Source: an uncultured Elusimicrobia bacterium
Lineage (GTDB): Bacteria; Elusimicrobiota; Elusimicrobia; 2-01-FULL-59-12
Length of the DNA: 64,000 nucleotides
Assembly: GCA_964604825.1 (NCBI GenBank)
Contig: CAZSAL010000007.1
Coordinates: 128 to 64,127 of the forward strand
Direction of reading: 5' to 3'
Shown here: one piece after another, positions 47,573 to 58,030 of the stretch
Layout: every line of letters begins with the position of its first letter
Position numbering within the stretch: position 1 is the stretch's first letter
Translations under genes and position numbers: made by a program
The notes under the pieces: model-generated
What the model was told of the DNA's origin: nothing
The model's input: only the letters and a program-made list of their open reading frames with translations
Database searches by the model: none

Positions 47573-49006
47573 TCACTTGCTTTCTATTAATTTTGTACCG
47601 ATTTTTTCCAAATCCTTCAGTTTTTTAATCGAATCTGCTTCCAGATATAAACGGACCACAGGCTCTGTGCCTGAAAGGCGCACTCCAAGCCAGCTGTCAT
47701 CCTGAAAAATAAATTTGAACCCATCGAGGCGATTTATCCGCTTTACGACCAGGCCGTCAATGCTGCTTGGATTGAATGAAGAAAGCCTCTCCCGAAGCGC
47801 CTGCATGACATCGTTTTTAAGATGCAGATTAACACGCTTGCTGAAATAAGGTCCGACGTCCCGCCGCAATTGTTTCAGGATTTCCCGGAAAGACTTACGC
47901 TCAACGGCCCGGACTTCCGCCATCAGAAGGCAGGCAAGTATTCCATCCTTTTCCGGAACGTGCCCCTGAATGGTGAGACCGCCAGATTCCTCTCCTCCCA
48001 TAAGGAAATCCCCCGCCAGCATGGCCTCGGCAATATACTTGAAACCTACAGGGGTTTCCTTCAAAGGAAGATTGTGGCGCCGCGCCACCGCGTCGATAAA
48101 GTGCGAGGTCATCACGCTGCGCACGACAAGTCCTTTCCAGCCTCGCGTTTTTATAAGGTGCCGGAGGACCATAGGCAGGATTTCATTTGGTGAAAGCATT
48201 GTGCCGTCATCATCAATCACGCCAAAACGGTCGGCATCTCCGTCCGTCCCGAATCCGGCTGAAAGTTTCTTTTCGCGCATGACCTTGACCATCTCGTTCA
48301 ACTGAGGCAGGGCCGGTTCCGGAGACTGACCGCCGAATCGGACATCACGCCAGTTGTGCAGCACCTCCGCGCGGCATCCCGCTTCGCACAAAAATTCGTC
48401 AAGATATCCCCGGCCCGTGCCATAAAGCACATCGACGCCAACTTTAAGCTTCGCTTTTTTCAAGGCTCCGGCATCAATAATCCTGTGCAGGGCTTTCAAA
48501 TAGGAGGGACGGCCATCAAACGTCTGGATGGATTCCTGGGGGACTGCGGGACCTGGGAACTTCCCCTTGTCTTCCCCTCGTCCCGTCTCCCCGTCTTGAT
48601 TTGCCAGTCTTTCAATTTCATGCGTGACGTCCGGATTGGAAGGCGCACCATCCGCTGTATTGAATTTGATGCCGTTATATTCCGCCGGATTGTGGCTGGC
48701 TGTAAAATTGATCGCGCCAGCTGTTTTAAGGCGGCGTATCTGGAAGGAAATAACCGGCGTTGGAATAAAATCTCTGGAAAAAATCACCTGCAGGCCGTTG
48801 GCGGCCAGCACATCAGCGGCCGTCCGGGCAAATTCCGGGCTCAAAAACCTGGTGTCATAACCCACTATCACGGGGCGTTCTGGGCCCGCTTTGATATGCG
48901 TTGCAATGGCCTGCACGACCCGGCGGACATTGGCAAAAGTAAATTCCTCGGCCATGATGGCCCGCCAGCCGGAAGTCCCGAATTTAATTTTGGCAAATTC
49001 CGTCAT
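47573..49006 (-). CDS. Alpha-D-phosphohexomutase (phosphoglucomutase/phosphomannomutase family)
   Basis: 477 aa. Active-site serine loop TASHNPAEYNGIKF, metal loop GTDGDADR, sugar loop GGEESGG. Confidence 0.85.
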   Translation of the reverse strand: MTEFAKIKFGTSGWRAIMAEEFTFANVRRVVQAIATHIKAGPERPVIVGYDTRFLSPEFARTAADVLAANGLQVIFSRDFIPTPVISFQIRRLKTAGAINFTASHNPAEYNGIKFNTADGAPSNPDVTHEIERLANQDGETGRGEDKGKFPGPAVPQESIQTFDGRPSYLKALHRIIDAGALKKAKLKVGVDVLYGTGRGYLDEFLCEAGCRAEVLHNWRDVRFGGQSPEPALPQLNEMVKVMREKKLSAGFGTDGDADRFGVIDDDGTMLSPNEILPMVLRHLIKTRGWKGLVVRSVMTSHFIDAVARRHNLPLKETPVGFKYIAEAMLAGDFLMGGEESGGLTIQGHVPEKDGILACLLMAEVRAVERKSFREILKQLRRDVGPYFSKRVNLHLKNDVMQALRERLSSFNPSSIDGLVVKRINRLDGFKFIFQDDSWLGVRLSGTEPVVRLYLEADSIKKLKDLEKIGTKLIESK

Positions 49007-49371
49007 TTATTTTCTTTAAGATTTTTCTTAACTGCACGAATTACATCCTGCGCAGAAAAGGGCTTCAAAATATAATCTTCCGCTCCCAGACCGATTGCTT
49101 CAGCCCAGAGTCGTTCCTCGCCAAAAGCGCTGATGACAATCGAGGGAATGGATTTTTTTTCTTCGCGAAGTTTCTCCAGAAGTTCCAAACCGCCCATATT
49201 AGGCATGGCGCGATCCGCGATAAGCAGATCCACTTTCTCCTTATTAATAATCTTTAGCGCCTTCAGGCCGTCTTCAGCTTCCAGGATGTCATATCCCTGG
49301 ACCGAAAGCATGTCCCTCAATATTGAACGCGTTTCTTCTTGATCGTCTACGATTAAAATTCTTTTTTTCAC
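49003..49371 (-). CDS. Stand-alone response regulator receiver domain (CheY-like)
   Basis: 122 aa. ILIVDDQ, phospho-acceptor context DLLIADRAMPNMGG, and a conserved K in ILKPF. It has an ATGA overlap with the downstream PGM gene. Confidence 0.85.
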   Translation of the reverse strand: MKKRILIVDDQEETRSILRDMLSVQGYDILEAEDGLKALKIINKEKVDLLIADRAMPNMGGLELLEKLREEKKSIPSIVISAFGEERLWAEAIGLGAEDYILKPFSAQDVIRAVKKNLKENK

Positions 49372-49446
49372 CTTGCGACCTTTCTTTCCTAGGAGCTAGG
49401 CCATCCTCCATTAACACATTGGAAGGATGGTGGGATTTTCTATTCT

Positions 49447-51951
49447 TCAGGCGGGGTGTTGCCAGGCCTTGATTTTTTCGGAATACTCCTTCAGCAGATG
49501 GCGCGCCTGCGTCTTCGACGCTGCTTCGACCCAGATATGAAAAGTGGCTTCATCAGGATCCGGCAGCATTAAAACCCAGCCCCCATCCATGAATACCTTC
49601 ACACCATCGATGAGCTCATTTTTGCATGACTGCACGTCTTCGATGGCGCGGCGCATAACCAGACCTTTCCGATCCCACGGGCAGGGAATTTTTTGATGGA
49701 ACGTTTCAAAGGGCGGGATATCCTGAACCAGCGAATTCAACCGAACTTTGTGCCGCGCCATAAGCTCCACAGTTTTTACGACCGCAAACATGGCGTCGAA
49801 GCAGGGTTGAAACTCAGGGAATATGAAGCCGCCGACGCCGTCTCCGACAAATTTCATTCCTTCTTCATGGCTCGCTTCCATGATGTGGCGGGGGGCCGTG
49901 CGCAAACGGCGCACTTTGATGTTCAGCGGTTGTGCGAGACGTTCGATAACGTTTGAAACGTTAACAGGAGTTCCGATCACGCCGCCATCCATTTCCTGCA
50001 TCATCAATTTGGACAGGACTAAAAGCGCGGTTTCATTAGGCACGCGCTTTCCCTTCTCATCGATAAGGAACATTTTCTCCGCGCCGGTATCGATAAGGAA
50101 ACCCGCATCCGCCTTAAGCGTCAAAACAATAGTCGAGATCTGATCCAGGGCGTTCTGGAAATCTTCCGCCGTTTTTGTGACCCGCAATGGGCTCAAATAG
50201 GCGTTCAGGCTGACAACCTCAATCCCCAGCCTCCCCAGGATATCCGGGAAGATCAGCGATGCCGAAGAAAAAGCATAATCGACGACGATTTTAAGCTTTG
50301 AACTCTGCAGCAGGGGAGCGTCTACCGCCTTCAGAAAACCAGCACGGTAATACTCCTGCGCCCGCGGCGGAGTAATAATTTCACCTACGCGATCAGATGG
50401 CGCGCGTTTAAAATCTTCCCGCAGAAACAACTGTTCGATCGCGCGCTCCTGGTTGCTGGAAATATCCACGCCGTTATGGTCAAAAACCTTGATATCCACG
50501 ATATTCGGATCAAAAGGAGATTGGCGTACATGCACCCCGCCGACTTCCCCCTCCTGGCCGATTTCATAGCGGACCACAGGTATCGGCGCAGTCCTGAGAT
50601 CTCCGACCTTGACTCCGGTAGACAACAGCCCCGATATCATCGCCCGCTTGATCATCCGGCTGGCCATGTGTGCGTCGCGCGAAGTCGTGATATACGCCCC
50701 TTCTCCAAGGAAAGCGCCATAAGCGGCACCGATGCGCGTTGCAAGTTCCGGCGTCACCTCAAGGTTGCACAAGCCGGATATGCCGTAAGCGCCGAAGAGC
50801 CGGCGCATCCATTTCTCTCCCCAGATCAGACTGCTGGAAAGAACCGCTCCGTCTTCGATGTGCTTATGAGGCCACATCTTCACATTGGAATGGATCGAGG
50901 AGCCCTGACCAACGATGCAATCGTCAGAAATGATGGCGCCCTCAGCTATCAGTGCATGGTCATTGATTTTACTGCGTGATCCTATGACCGCTTCGCGAAG
51001 GCGGGTTTCAACGCCGATGTTCACATGATCCCAGATTACACAACCGTTCAGCTCCGAGCCCGCCCCGATTTTAACGCCGTCGCCGAGAACACATTCGCTC
51101 AGCTTGGCGGATTCCTCAATCCGGCAGCCGTCACCTAAAATAACCTTGCCTCCGATCACGGCGCTTTCCGCAATATGGCAGTTTGCGCCGGCAATCAGCT
51201 CTCCATCGCCGTGTTTTATCTTCTTTCCTTCAACAGGCACCCGCACATTCCCGTCCAAAAGATCGTAGTGCGCCAGACGGTATTCGGAGAGATCCCCTAC
51301 ATCTTTCCAATAACCTTCGGCTATGTAACCGTACATAGGCGCCTTTTCTTTAAGCAGCGCCGGAAAAAGATTTTTCGAAAAATCATGGCTGCGCTCTTTG
51401 GGTATATGGTTCAGAACCTCAGGTTCCAGCAGATATATGCCGGTATTGATCGTATCGGAGAACACTTCGCCCCACGACGGTTTTTCCAGAAAACGCTCAA
51501 TGCGATTGTTCTTGTCTACAATTATTACGCCGTATTCCAGGGGATTTGTCACTCGCGTCAGAACAAGCGTCGCTATGGCCTTTTTCTTGCGATGCGCCTC
51601 CACTACCGCTTTCAGGTCAAAATCCGTCAGCAAGTCACCGGAAATTACCAGGAAGGAATCCGTCAGATGCTTCTCCGCATATTTAATGCATCCCGCGGTG
51701 CCAAGGTCCGATTGTGGCCGGAGATATTCAATACGCACCCCATAGGCCGAACCATCCCCGAAATGCCGGATAATAACCTCTGGCTGGTAATACAGCATCA
51801 CAAGAATATCTTCAAAACCGTTTTTTTTGAGCAGGCGGACAATGTGTTCCATCATGGGTTTATTTCCCATGGGAACCATTGGTTTCGGGATATTGCAGGT
51901 CAGAGGGCGGAGGCGGGTGCCGAAGCCTCCAGCCATAATAATTGCTCGCAT
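49447..51951 (-). CDS. Bifunctional sugar-1-phosphate nucleotidylyltransferase (mannose-1-P guanylyltransferase-like) + left-handed beta-helix + phosphomannomutase/phosphoglucomutase-like domains
   Basis: 834 aa. N-terminus MRAIIMAGGFGTRLRPLTCNIPKPMVPM, hexapeptide repeats in the middle, and a phosphohexomutase-like fold in the C-terminal half. Confidence 0.8.
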   Translation of the reverse strand: MRAIIMAGGFGTRLRPLTCNIPKPMVPMGNKPMMEHIVRLLKKNGFEDILVMLYYQPEVIIRHFGDGSAYGVRIEYLRPQSDLGTAGCIKYAEKHLTDSFLVISGDLLTDFDLKAVVEAHRKKKAIATLVLTRVTNPLEYGVIIVDKNNRIERFLEKPSWGEVFSDTINTGIYLLEPEVLNHIPKERSHDFSKNLFPALLKEKAPMYGYIAEGYWKDVGDLSEYRLAHYDLLDGNVRVPVEGKKIKHGDGELIAGANCHIAESAVIGGKVILGDGCRIEESAKLSECVLGDGVKIGAGSELNGCVIWDHVNIGVETRLREAVIGSRSKINDHALIAEGAIISDDCIVGQGSSIHSNVKMWPHKHIEDGAVLSSSLIWGEKWMRRLFGAYGISGLCNLEVTPELATRIGAAYGAFLGEGAYITTSRDAHMASRMIKRAMISGLLSTGVKVGDLRTAPIPVVRYEIGQEGEVGGVHVRQSPFDPNIVDIKVFDHNGVDISSNQERAIEQLFLREDFKRAPSDRVGEIITPPRAQEYYRAGFLKAVDAPLLQSSKLKIVVDYAFSSASLIFPDILGRLGIEVVSLNAYLSPLRVTKTAEDFQNALDQISTIVLTLKADAGFLIDTGAEKMFLIDEKGKRVPNETALLVLSKLMMQEMDGGVIGTPVNVSNVIERLAQPLNIKVRRLRTAPRHIMEASHEEGMKFVGDGVGGFIFPEFQPCFDAMFAVVKTVELMARHKVRLNSLVQDIPPFETFHQKIPCPWDRKGLVMRRAIEDVQSCKNELIDGVKVFMDGGWVLMLPDPDEATFHIWVEAASKTQARHLLKEYSEKIKAWQHPA

Positions 51952-52110
51952 ATAAATTAAGATACAAAATTCGATCTATATCGTAAAACGGCGAGAGCGT
52001 TTCTCGTCGCCCCGGCAATCAGTAAGCCGGCCCTCCACACTTCGGGCGGACCGGTCGCCTGTCGTATGGAGACCCGGGATTCAAGTCATTTAATATTAAG
52101 GTCATTGTAG

Positions 52111-52137
52111 ATCCCGTCCGACAACCGTCGGGATGAC
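52111..52137. repeat. Hairpin of the GTCAT...CGGGATGAC family upstream of the PBP1A gene
   Basis: ATCCCG-N12-CGGGAT followed by GAC, with GTCAT at 52101-52105. Confidence 0.5.
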
Positions 52138-52158
52138 GATTTTTGGAAGCGTGTTATA

Positions 52159-54303
52159 ATGTTTTTTATGTGGAACTGGTTATATTTGCGCCGCAGTCGT
52201 GCAGTAAAATGGTTTGTGCTCGGCGTTCTGGTGCTTGGAACCTGGCTGGCCGGGATGGCGATGCTTCACCGGCTTCTGGCTGATTTGCCTCAGATTGACA
52301 CCCTTCAAAACTATACTCCTCCTCTAGTAACGAAAATCTACGATATCCACGGTGATATAGTCACAGAGCTTTATACCCAGAGGCGAACGCTTATCCCTCT
52401 TGCGGATATCCCAGCCAATCTGCGCAATGCCCTGCTGGCGACGGAAGATGAACATTTCTTTGAACACTGGGGAATTAATATCCGCGGGATTACCCGGGCT
52501 TTTATGACCAACCTCCGGCACGGCCGCGTTGTCGAAGGTGGATCAACCATAACCCAGCAGTTATCCAAAGTTCTTTTCTTCACGCAGGAAAAAACGATTT
52601 CGCGCAAGCTCAAGGAATTTCTTCTGGCAATGCAACTGGAACGCAACTATTCCAAAGACGAAATACTTCAGCTCTACCTCAATCAGATTTATTTCGGGCA
52701 CGGCGCTTACGGCGTTGAAGCGGCCGCCCAGACATATTTTGGCAAAAGCGTCCAAAATCTGACTCTTTCGGAATGCGCAATTCTGGCGGGGCTGCCGCGC
52801 TCACCGCGCTCCTACTCTCCCTTCATCAATCCCGCAAGCGCTAAACGCCGCCGCGCATGGGTTTTATCCCGGATGCGGAAGTCAGGATTTATCAACTCAC
52901 AGGATGAAACAGTCTCCGACATGGCCCCCCTGAGCAATCGCAAAATGCCGAATGCTCCTCCTGCCGGGGCTTATTTCGTCGAGTATCTGCGACAGACTCT
53001 TGAGCCGCGCTACGGAGAAAACGCCCTATATCAGGGAGGTTTTTCCATCTACACCACCCTTGACATGAAAATGCAGCGCTCTGCGGAAGAAGTTATGAAC
53101 AGGTACCTGTCTCAATTTGATGCGGAGAAGGCCGGCGAACTGGCAAAAAGCTCAAAACAAAAATCCGGCGCTCCGGTAGAGGTTTCCACAAGTCCCCTGA
53201 AGGTGCAGGGAGCCCTTGTCTCCATTGACCCGCGGACCGGCGGGATTCGCGCCATGGTCGGAGGCAGGGATTTCAAGGAATCACAGTTCAATCGTGTCAC
53301 ACAGGCCCAACGCCAGCCTGGATCAGCATTTAAGCCCTTCGTCTGGCTGGCGGCCATGGATGACAGCATGACGCCCGCTACCATCGTCGATGACGACCGG
53401 GTCGCCTTTTACAATGACGGCCGAGACTGGAAGCTGCTTAACAGCGCCACTAACGCTTTCGCCATAGCGCAGGCAACCGCTCCATTCCCCGTAGACCAGG
53501 TATGGGTACCCCAGAATTATGACTTCAAATATTTCGGCGTAATCACCCTGCGCACGGCTTTGGCCATGTCCCGCAACCTCGTATCAATCCGCCTGGTAAA
53601 TCATTTCGGCCCGCAAACAATAGTCAGCTACGCGCACCGCTGCGGCATCAAAAGCCCAATCACTCCGAATCTGTCCATAGCCCTGGGTACCGAGCTGGTA
53701 AACCTGATGGAAATGACCAGCTCTTATTGCACTTTCGTCAACAGCGGCATCCGCTCCGAACCGTATGGCGTGATAAAAATCGTGGATCAGAACGGCAAGG
53801 TCCTCGAAGAACATTCTCCATCTCAAACCGTGGCGCTCAGCGCTCAGACCGCCTACTTGATGATTGATCTTATGCGTGCAGTAGTCACCAGCGGAACAGG
53901 CCGCGCTGCCATGGAATTAGAGCGGCCTGCGGGAGGGAAAACAGGAACAAACCAGGACCTCAAGGATCTCTGGTTTGTCGGTTTCACTCCGGATCTGGTG
54001 ACGGGAGCCTGGATGGGTTACGATGATTTCAGTTCCATGGGCAAGCATTTTACCGCCTCATCAAAGGTTGTGCCGTGGTGGACGGAATACATGAAAAAAG
54101 CGCTTTCCGGCGCGCCTGTGAGCAAATTTACCGTTCCAGACGGTATGGTATTTGCCAAGATTGATGCACAGACCGGATATCTTGCCCTGCCCACATGCCC
54201 AAAAACCGTGCTGGAAGTTTTCAAAAAGGGGACCGACCCCAAAGAGTTTTGCCCAGTCGACCATTTCCATCAGGCTCTCCCTGAAAACGAAACCGAAGAA
54301 TAA
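52159..54303 (+). CDS. mrcA: Penicillin-binding protein 1A (bifunctional transglycosylase/transpeptidase)
   Basis: 714 aa. GT51 motifs EDEHFFEHWG, GGSTITQQL, RKLKEF. Transpeptidase motifs SAFKPF (SxxK), SRN, KTGT. Confidence 0.9.
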   Translation: MFFMWNWLYLRRSRAVKWFVLGVLVLGTWLAGMAMLHRLLADLPQIDTLQNYTPPLVTKIYDIHGDIVTELYTQRRTLIPLADIPANLRNALLATEDEHFFEHWGINIRGITRAFMTNLRHGRVVEGGSTITQQLSKVLFFTQEKTISRKLKEFLLAMQLERNYSKDEILQLYLNQIYFGHGAYGVEAAAQTYFGKSVQNLTLSECAILAGLPRSPRSYSPFINPASAKRRRAWVLSRMRKSGFINSQDETVSDMAPLSNRKMPNAPPAGAYFVEYLRQTLEPRYGENALYQGGFSIYTTLDMKMQRSAEEVMNRYLSQFDAEKAGELAKSSKQKSGAPVEVSTSPLKVQGALVSIDPRTGGIRAMVGGRDFKESQFNRVTQAQRQPGSAFKPFVWLAAMDDSMTPATIVDDDRVAFYNDGRDWKLLNSATNAFAIAQATAPFPVDQVWVPQNYDFKYFGVITLRTALAMSRNLVSIRLVNHFGPQTIVSYAHRCGIKSPITPNLSIALGTELVNLMEMTSSYCTFVNSGIRSEPYGVIKIVDQNGKVLEEHSPSQTVALSAQTAYLMIDLMRAVVTSGTGRAAMELERPAGGKTGTNQDLKDLWFVGFTPDLVTGAWMGYDDFSSMGKHFTASSKVVPWWTEYMKKALSGAPVSKFTVPDGMVFAKIDAQTGYLALPTCPKTVLEVFKKGTDPKEFCPVDHFHQALPENETEE

Positions 54304-54361
54304 CCCTGTCAATTTGATTTGGTCCGCCCGCAAAAATAGTTCATAATATCGTCGTTAATTT

Positions 54362-55012
54362 ATGCGAAAGTATTGCCCGATGAGACGTCATTCTTTTATT
54401 ATTTTTCTTTCCTCCATGGTAGTCTTTACAAACGAGGTTCCCGTCCTGGCAAAGTCCTGCCAGCCTTTCAGCGAACGCATAATTGGCCGGGGCGTCAGCG
54501 AAATGTCTACAGCCGACAGCAAAGAAGCATGCGACCGGGCCCTTCAACAGGACTACAGCGCCCGCCCCACGGCAATCGACATGGCAGTCAAACAATTTGT
54601 AGGAGATATGGGAAAAATACGGAAACAATGCAAAGGCACTCTTGAGACTTACGGTGAGGAAAACACCACTTTCGCCGACGAAAGCATTCACGTCTGGAAT
54701 TCCTATAATCCTGCGGTCAATACTTCTTTCTACCGCAACTGCGCCGTACGCGCAAATTACCCTCCCAGACCGATCATAGCCGACTGCGTTTGCGGAGGAT
54801 CGGAATCGCGCGCCCTGCCCAACACCTCATGGCAGCCATCGAATAAAGAACTGAATGATACGGCCCAGTTGATGGCTCCGGAGAAAACCCCGGAAGAATC
54901 TGCGCTTGAAACGGCAAAACCCATAAAGGAAGCGGTGCATTCTCCGCTGATGATTCAGGGCGGGCAATCTGCCCAGGAAACAAATCAACCGGGAAATAAT
55001 CCCGCCCAATAA
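54362..55012 (+). CDS. Hypothetical secreted Cys-containing protein
   Basis: 216 aa with a hydrophobic N-terminus (FIIFLSSMVVFT), eight Cys in the mature part and a low-complexity polar tail. No family recognised. Confidence 0.4.
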   Translation: MRKYCPMRRHSFIIFLSSMVVFTNEVPVLAKSCQPFSERIIGRGVSEMSTADSKEACDRALQQDYSARPTAIDMAVKQFVGDMGKIRKQCKGTLETYGEENTTFADESIHVWNSYNPAVNTSFYRNCAVRANYPPRPIIADCVCGGSESRALPNTSWQPSNKELNDTAQLMAPEKTPEESALETAKPIKEAVHSPLMIQGGQSAQETNQPGNNPAQ

Positions 55013-55029
55013 ACTTTTTCATAAAAACA

Positions 55030-55065
55030 GAACCCCGGCTGCCAGATGTCTGACGGCCGGGGTTC
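55030..55065. terminator. Bidirectional intrinsic terminator between convergent genes
   Basis: GAACCCCGGC-N16-GCCGGGGTTC is a perfect 10-bp stem, flanked by AAAAA on the left and TTCTTAAT on the right. Confidence 0.7.
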
Positions 55066-55084
55066 TTAATGTCAGAATTTCTAT

Positions 55085-57745
55085 TTATTTCGAAGTATAG
55101 GCGGTCCCCTTCTTCGATTTTCCTTCAATGACCGCCTGGGCCGCAGCCAACCGCGCTATCGGAACTCGGAACGGCGAGCAGGAAACATAACTCAGGTTCG
55201 CACGGTGGCAGAATTTCACGGACGCAGGGTCGCCGCCGTGCTCTCCACAAATGCCGCATTTCAGGTCCTTCTTAACTTTGCGGCCCTTCTGCACGGCCAT
55301 TTCCACCAGCTGGCCCACACCCTGCTGATCCATCGTCTGGAACGGATCATCCTTGAAGATTTTCGCTTCGATATAAGCCTTGATGAACTTGCCTGCGTCA
55401 TCGCGCGAAAACCCGAGCGTCATCTGGGTAAGGTCGTTGGTTCCAAATGAGAAGAAATCCGCTTCAGTTGCGATCTGATCCGCGGTAAGCGCGGCGCGCG
55501 GCACTTCAATCATTGTTCCTACGGTGTATTCGATCTTCACGCCGTATTCCTTCATGGTTGTTTCGGCTGTGCGGACAACGATGTCTTTCTGATTTTTCAG
55601 CTCGTTGACGTTGCCCACAAGCGGGATCATGATTTCCGGAACAACCTTGATTTTCTCTTTCGCCAATTCGCAGGCCGCTCCGATAATGGCTCTCACCTGC
55701 ATCTCCGTTATTTCCGGATAGGTGATGCCCAGGCGGCAGCCGCGGTGGCCGAGCATGGGGTTGAACTCATGCAGCTCTTCCGAGGCGCGCTGAATCTTTT
55801 CCACAGGAATGCCGATTTTCCTGGAGAGGCTTTCGGCGTCCTCCCGGGTTTTGGGAAGGAACTCGTGCAGCGGGGGATCGAGCGTCCGGATGGTTACCGG
55901 GTATCCCTTCATTTCCCTGAAGAGCCCCTTGAAATCATCCTTCTGGAAAGGCAAAAGCTTTTCCAGCGCCTTTTTGCGCGCTTCAACGTCCGTGGCAACA
56001 ATCATTTCCTGCATGAAAGGCAGGCGTTCTTCCGCAAAGAACATATGCTCCGTGCGGCAGAGACCGATGCCCTGGGCGCCGAATTCGCGGGCAACTTTGG
56101 CGTCGCGCGGGATATCTGCGTTGGCGCGGACTTTAAGCCTGCGGAGGTTATCCGCCCAGCCCATGAATATGCCGAACTCGCCGGAAATGGTCGGTTCGAT
56201 AAGCGGGACCTGGCCGAGAATAACGCGCCCCGTGGAACCATCAATCGTAACCCAGTCGTTTTCTTTTACAACCGTTCCGTTTATGCGGAACAGCTTTTCC
56301 GCTTCGGAGACCCTGATATCTTCACAGCCTGCCACGCAGGATTTGCCCATGCCGCGGGCAACGACAGCCGCGTGCGAGGTCATGCCTCCGCGCGCAGTGA
56401 GGATACCTTTTGCCGCATCCATGCCATGGATATCGTCAGGATTGGTTTCCTGCCTAATAAGAATGACGGGTTCACCGTCTTTTCCGCCGCGTTCGGCAGC
56501 GGTATCAGCGTCAAAAACCGCCTTGCCGGTAGCCGCGCCGGGTGAAGCGGGCAGCCCTTTTGCAATAACTTTTAACTGCGCCTTCGGGTCAATCACCGGG
56601 TGCAGAAGCTGATCAATCTGTTCCGGCTCCAGACGCATGAGGGCTTCTTCCTTGTTGATCAATTTTTCCTTCACCATATCTACAGCGATTTTGATCGCAG
56701 CCTGCGCTGTACGCTTTCCCGTACGGGTCTGCAGCATGTAAAGCTTGTTCTTTTCGATCGTGAACTCGAAGTCCTGAACGTCCCTGTAATGTTTTTCCAG
56801 GCGTGATGTAATGTCGCGCAGCTGTTTGTAAACAGCAGGCATGTCATTGCCCAGGTTCACAATCGGCTTTGGCGTACGGATTCCAGCCACAACGTCTTCG
56901 CCCTGAGCATTAGTCAGATATTCTCCATAAAACACTTTTTCTCCGGTAGACGGATTGCGGGTAAAGCCCACGCCTGTGGCCGAGTCGTCACCCATGTTGC
57001 CAAACACCATGGACTGCACATTGACGGCCGTGCCCAGGTCGTCTGCGATCTTGTTCAACCTGCGGTAGGTAATAGCCCGCGGGTTGTTCCACGACTTGAA
57101 GACGGCGTTTCGCGCACCCTCAAGCTGCTTCCAGGGGTCCTGCGGGAAGGGTTGTCCGACATGTTTCTCAAAAACTTTCTTATACCCTTCCACGATCACC
57201 TTCAGGTCGTTAATATCAAGCTCGGTATCCTGCTTAACGCCGCGCTTATGCTTCTGTTCCTCAAGAACATGCTCAAACTCATTTTTCTCTATGCCTTCCA
57301 CGACATTGCCGTACATCTGCATGAAGCGGCGATAGGCATCCCAGGCGAAGCGGGGGTTCCCCGTCAGTTTTGAGAGCCCTTCCACAACTTCCTCACTTAT
57401 TCCGAGGTTCAGGATGGTATCCATCATGCCTGGCATGGAAAATTTCGCGCCGGACCGGACAGAGACGAGAAGAGGGTTGGAAGGATCTCCGAAGCTCTTG
57501 CCCATAACCTTCTGGAGTTTTTCCATGGCAGACTTCTGCTGAGTTTCCAGATCCTTAGGCAGCTGCTGCTTGTTCGCATAATAATAACGGCAAACATCCG
57601 TTGTAATGGTGAAACCGGCAGGGACGGGCACGCCCGCATTGGTCATTTCCGCCAGGCCGGCGCCTTTGCCGCCCAGCAAATCCTTCATGGTTCCTTTGCC
57701 GTCTGCCTTACCTGCACCGAAAAAATACACATACTTTGTAGCCAT
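55085..57745 (-). CDS. ppdK: Pyruvate, phosphate dikinase
   Basis: 886 aa. MATKYVYFFG...GKGAGLAEM, phospho-histidine loop GGMTSHAAVVARGMG, PEP-utilising C-terminus FFSFGTNDLTQ. Confidence 0.97.
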   Translation of the reverse strand: MATKYVYFFGAGKADGKGTMKDLLGGKGAGLAEMTNAGVPVPAGFTITTDVCRYYYANKQQLPKDLETQQKSAMEKLQKVMGKSFGDPSNPLLVSVRSGAKFSMPGMMDTILNLGISEEVVEGLSKLTGNPRFAWDAYRRFMQMYGNVVEGIEKNEFEHVLEEQKHKRGVKQDTELDINDLKVIVEGYKKVFEKHVGQPFPQDPWKQLEGARNAVFKSWNNPRAITYRRLNKIADDLGTAVNVQSMVFGNMGDDSATGVGFTRNPSTGEKVFYGEYLTNAQGEDVVAGIRTPKPIVNLGNDMPAVYKQLRDITSRLEKHYRDVQDFEFTIEKNKLYMLQTRTGKRTAQAAIKIAVDMVKEKLINKEEALMRLEPEQIDQLLHPVIDPKAQLKVIAKGLPASPGAATGKAVFDADTAAERGGKDGEPVILIRQETNPDDIHGMDAAKGILTARGGMTSHAAVVARGMGKSCVAGCEDIRVSEAEKLFRINGTVVKENDWVTIDGSTGRVILGQVPLIEPTISGEFGIFMGWADNLRRLKVRANADIPRDAKVAREFGAQGIGLCRTEHMFFAEERLPFMQEMIVATDVEARKKALEKLLPFQKDDFKGLFREMKGYPVTIRTLDPPLHEFLPKTREDAESLSRKIGIPVEKIQRASEELHEFNPMLGHRGCRLGITYPEITEMQVRAIIGAACELAKEKIKVVPEIMIPLVGNVNELKNQKDIVVRTAETTMKEYGVKIEYTVGTMIEVPRAALTADQIATEADFFSFGTNDLTQMTLGFSRDDAGKFIKAYIEAKIFKDDPFQTMDQQGVGQLVEMAVQKGRKVKKDLKCGICGEHGGDPASVKFCHRANLSYVSCSPFRVPIARLAAAQAVIEGKSKKGTAYTSK

Positions 57746-57766
57746 TTATGTCTCCTTTTATACGCT

Positions 57767-57811
57767 ATCCGCCACTGAACCGCTGGCGGATAAATCCGCA
57801 GATATGGCGGG
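57767..57811 (-). promoter_or_regulatory. GGCGGA-box twin-hairpin element in the ppdK 5' leader
   Basis: Minus-strand RNA: AAACCCGC-cauaucu-GCGGAUUU, then AUCCGCCA-gcgguucag-UGGCGGAU, followed by AGCGUAUAAAAGGAGACAUAAAUG. Confidence 0.65.
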
Positions 57812-57942
57812 TTTAGATTGCCCAGTTTGATTGTTGTGGAATTCGACTAAGTGGGCTTGTATTTTGAAGCTTAGGAGATTTTATCAAACAGGCGGGGGGT
57901 AGGGAAGGGGATGTCCATTTCAATCCCATGAAACCATCGCCG

Positions 57943-57982
57943 CAAAACCCCCTTTCCCGCAACTAACTTGCGGGAAAGGGGG
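57943..57982 (-). terminator. Intrinsic terminator downstream of the Ntn-hydrolase gene
   Basis: CCCCCTTTCCCGCAA-ctaac-TTGCGGGAAAGGGGG is a perfect 15-bp stem, followed on the minus strand by TTTTG. Confidence 0.8.
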
Positions 57983-58030
57983 CAATAAGGTATCTGCTAA
58001 TTAAATTCCGCTATCGTCGATCCGCTGGCT

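Noticed and set aside
52144-52161. TATAAT hexamer (52152-52157) abutting the PBP1A ATG, which could suggest a leaderless transcript.
   Set aside because: The hexamer ends 1 nt before the ATG, too close for a -10 element to place the transcription start at the start codon. No properly spaced -35 is present. The true start may be the ATG at 52168.
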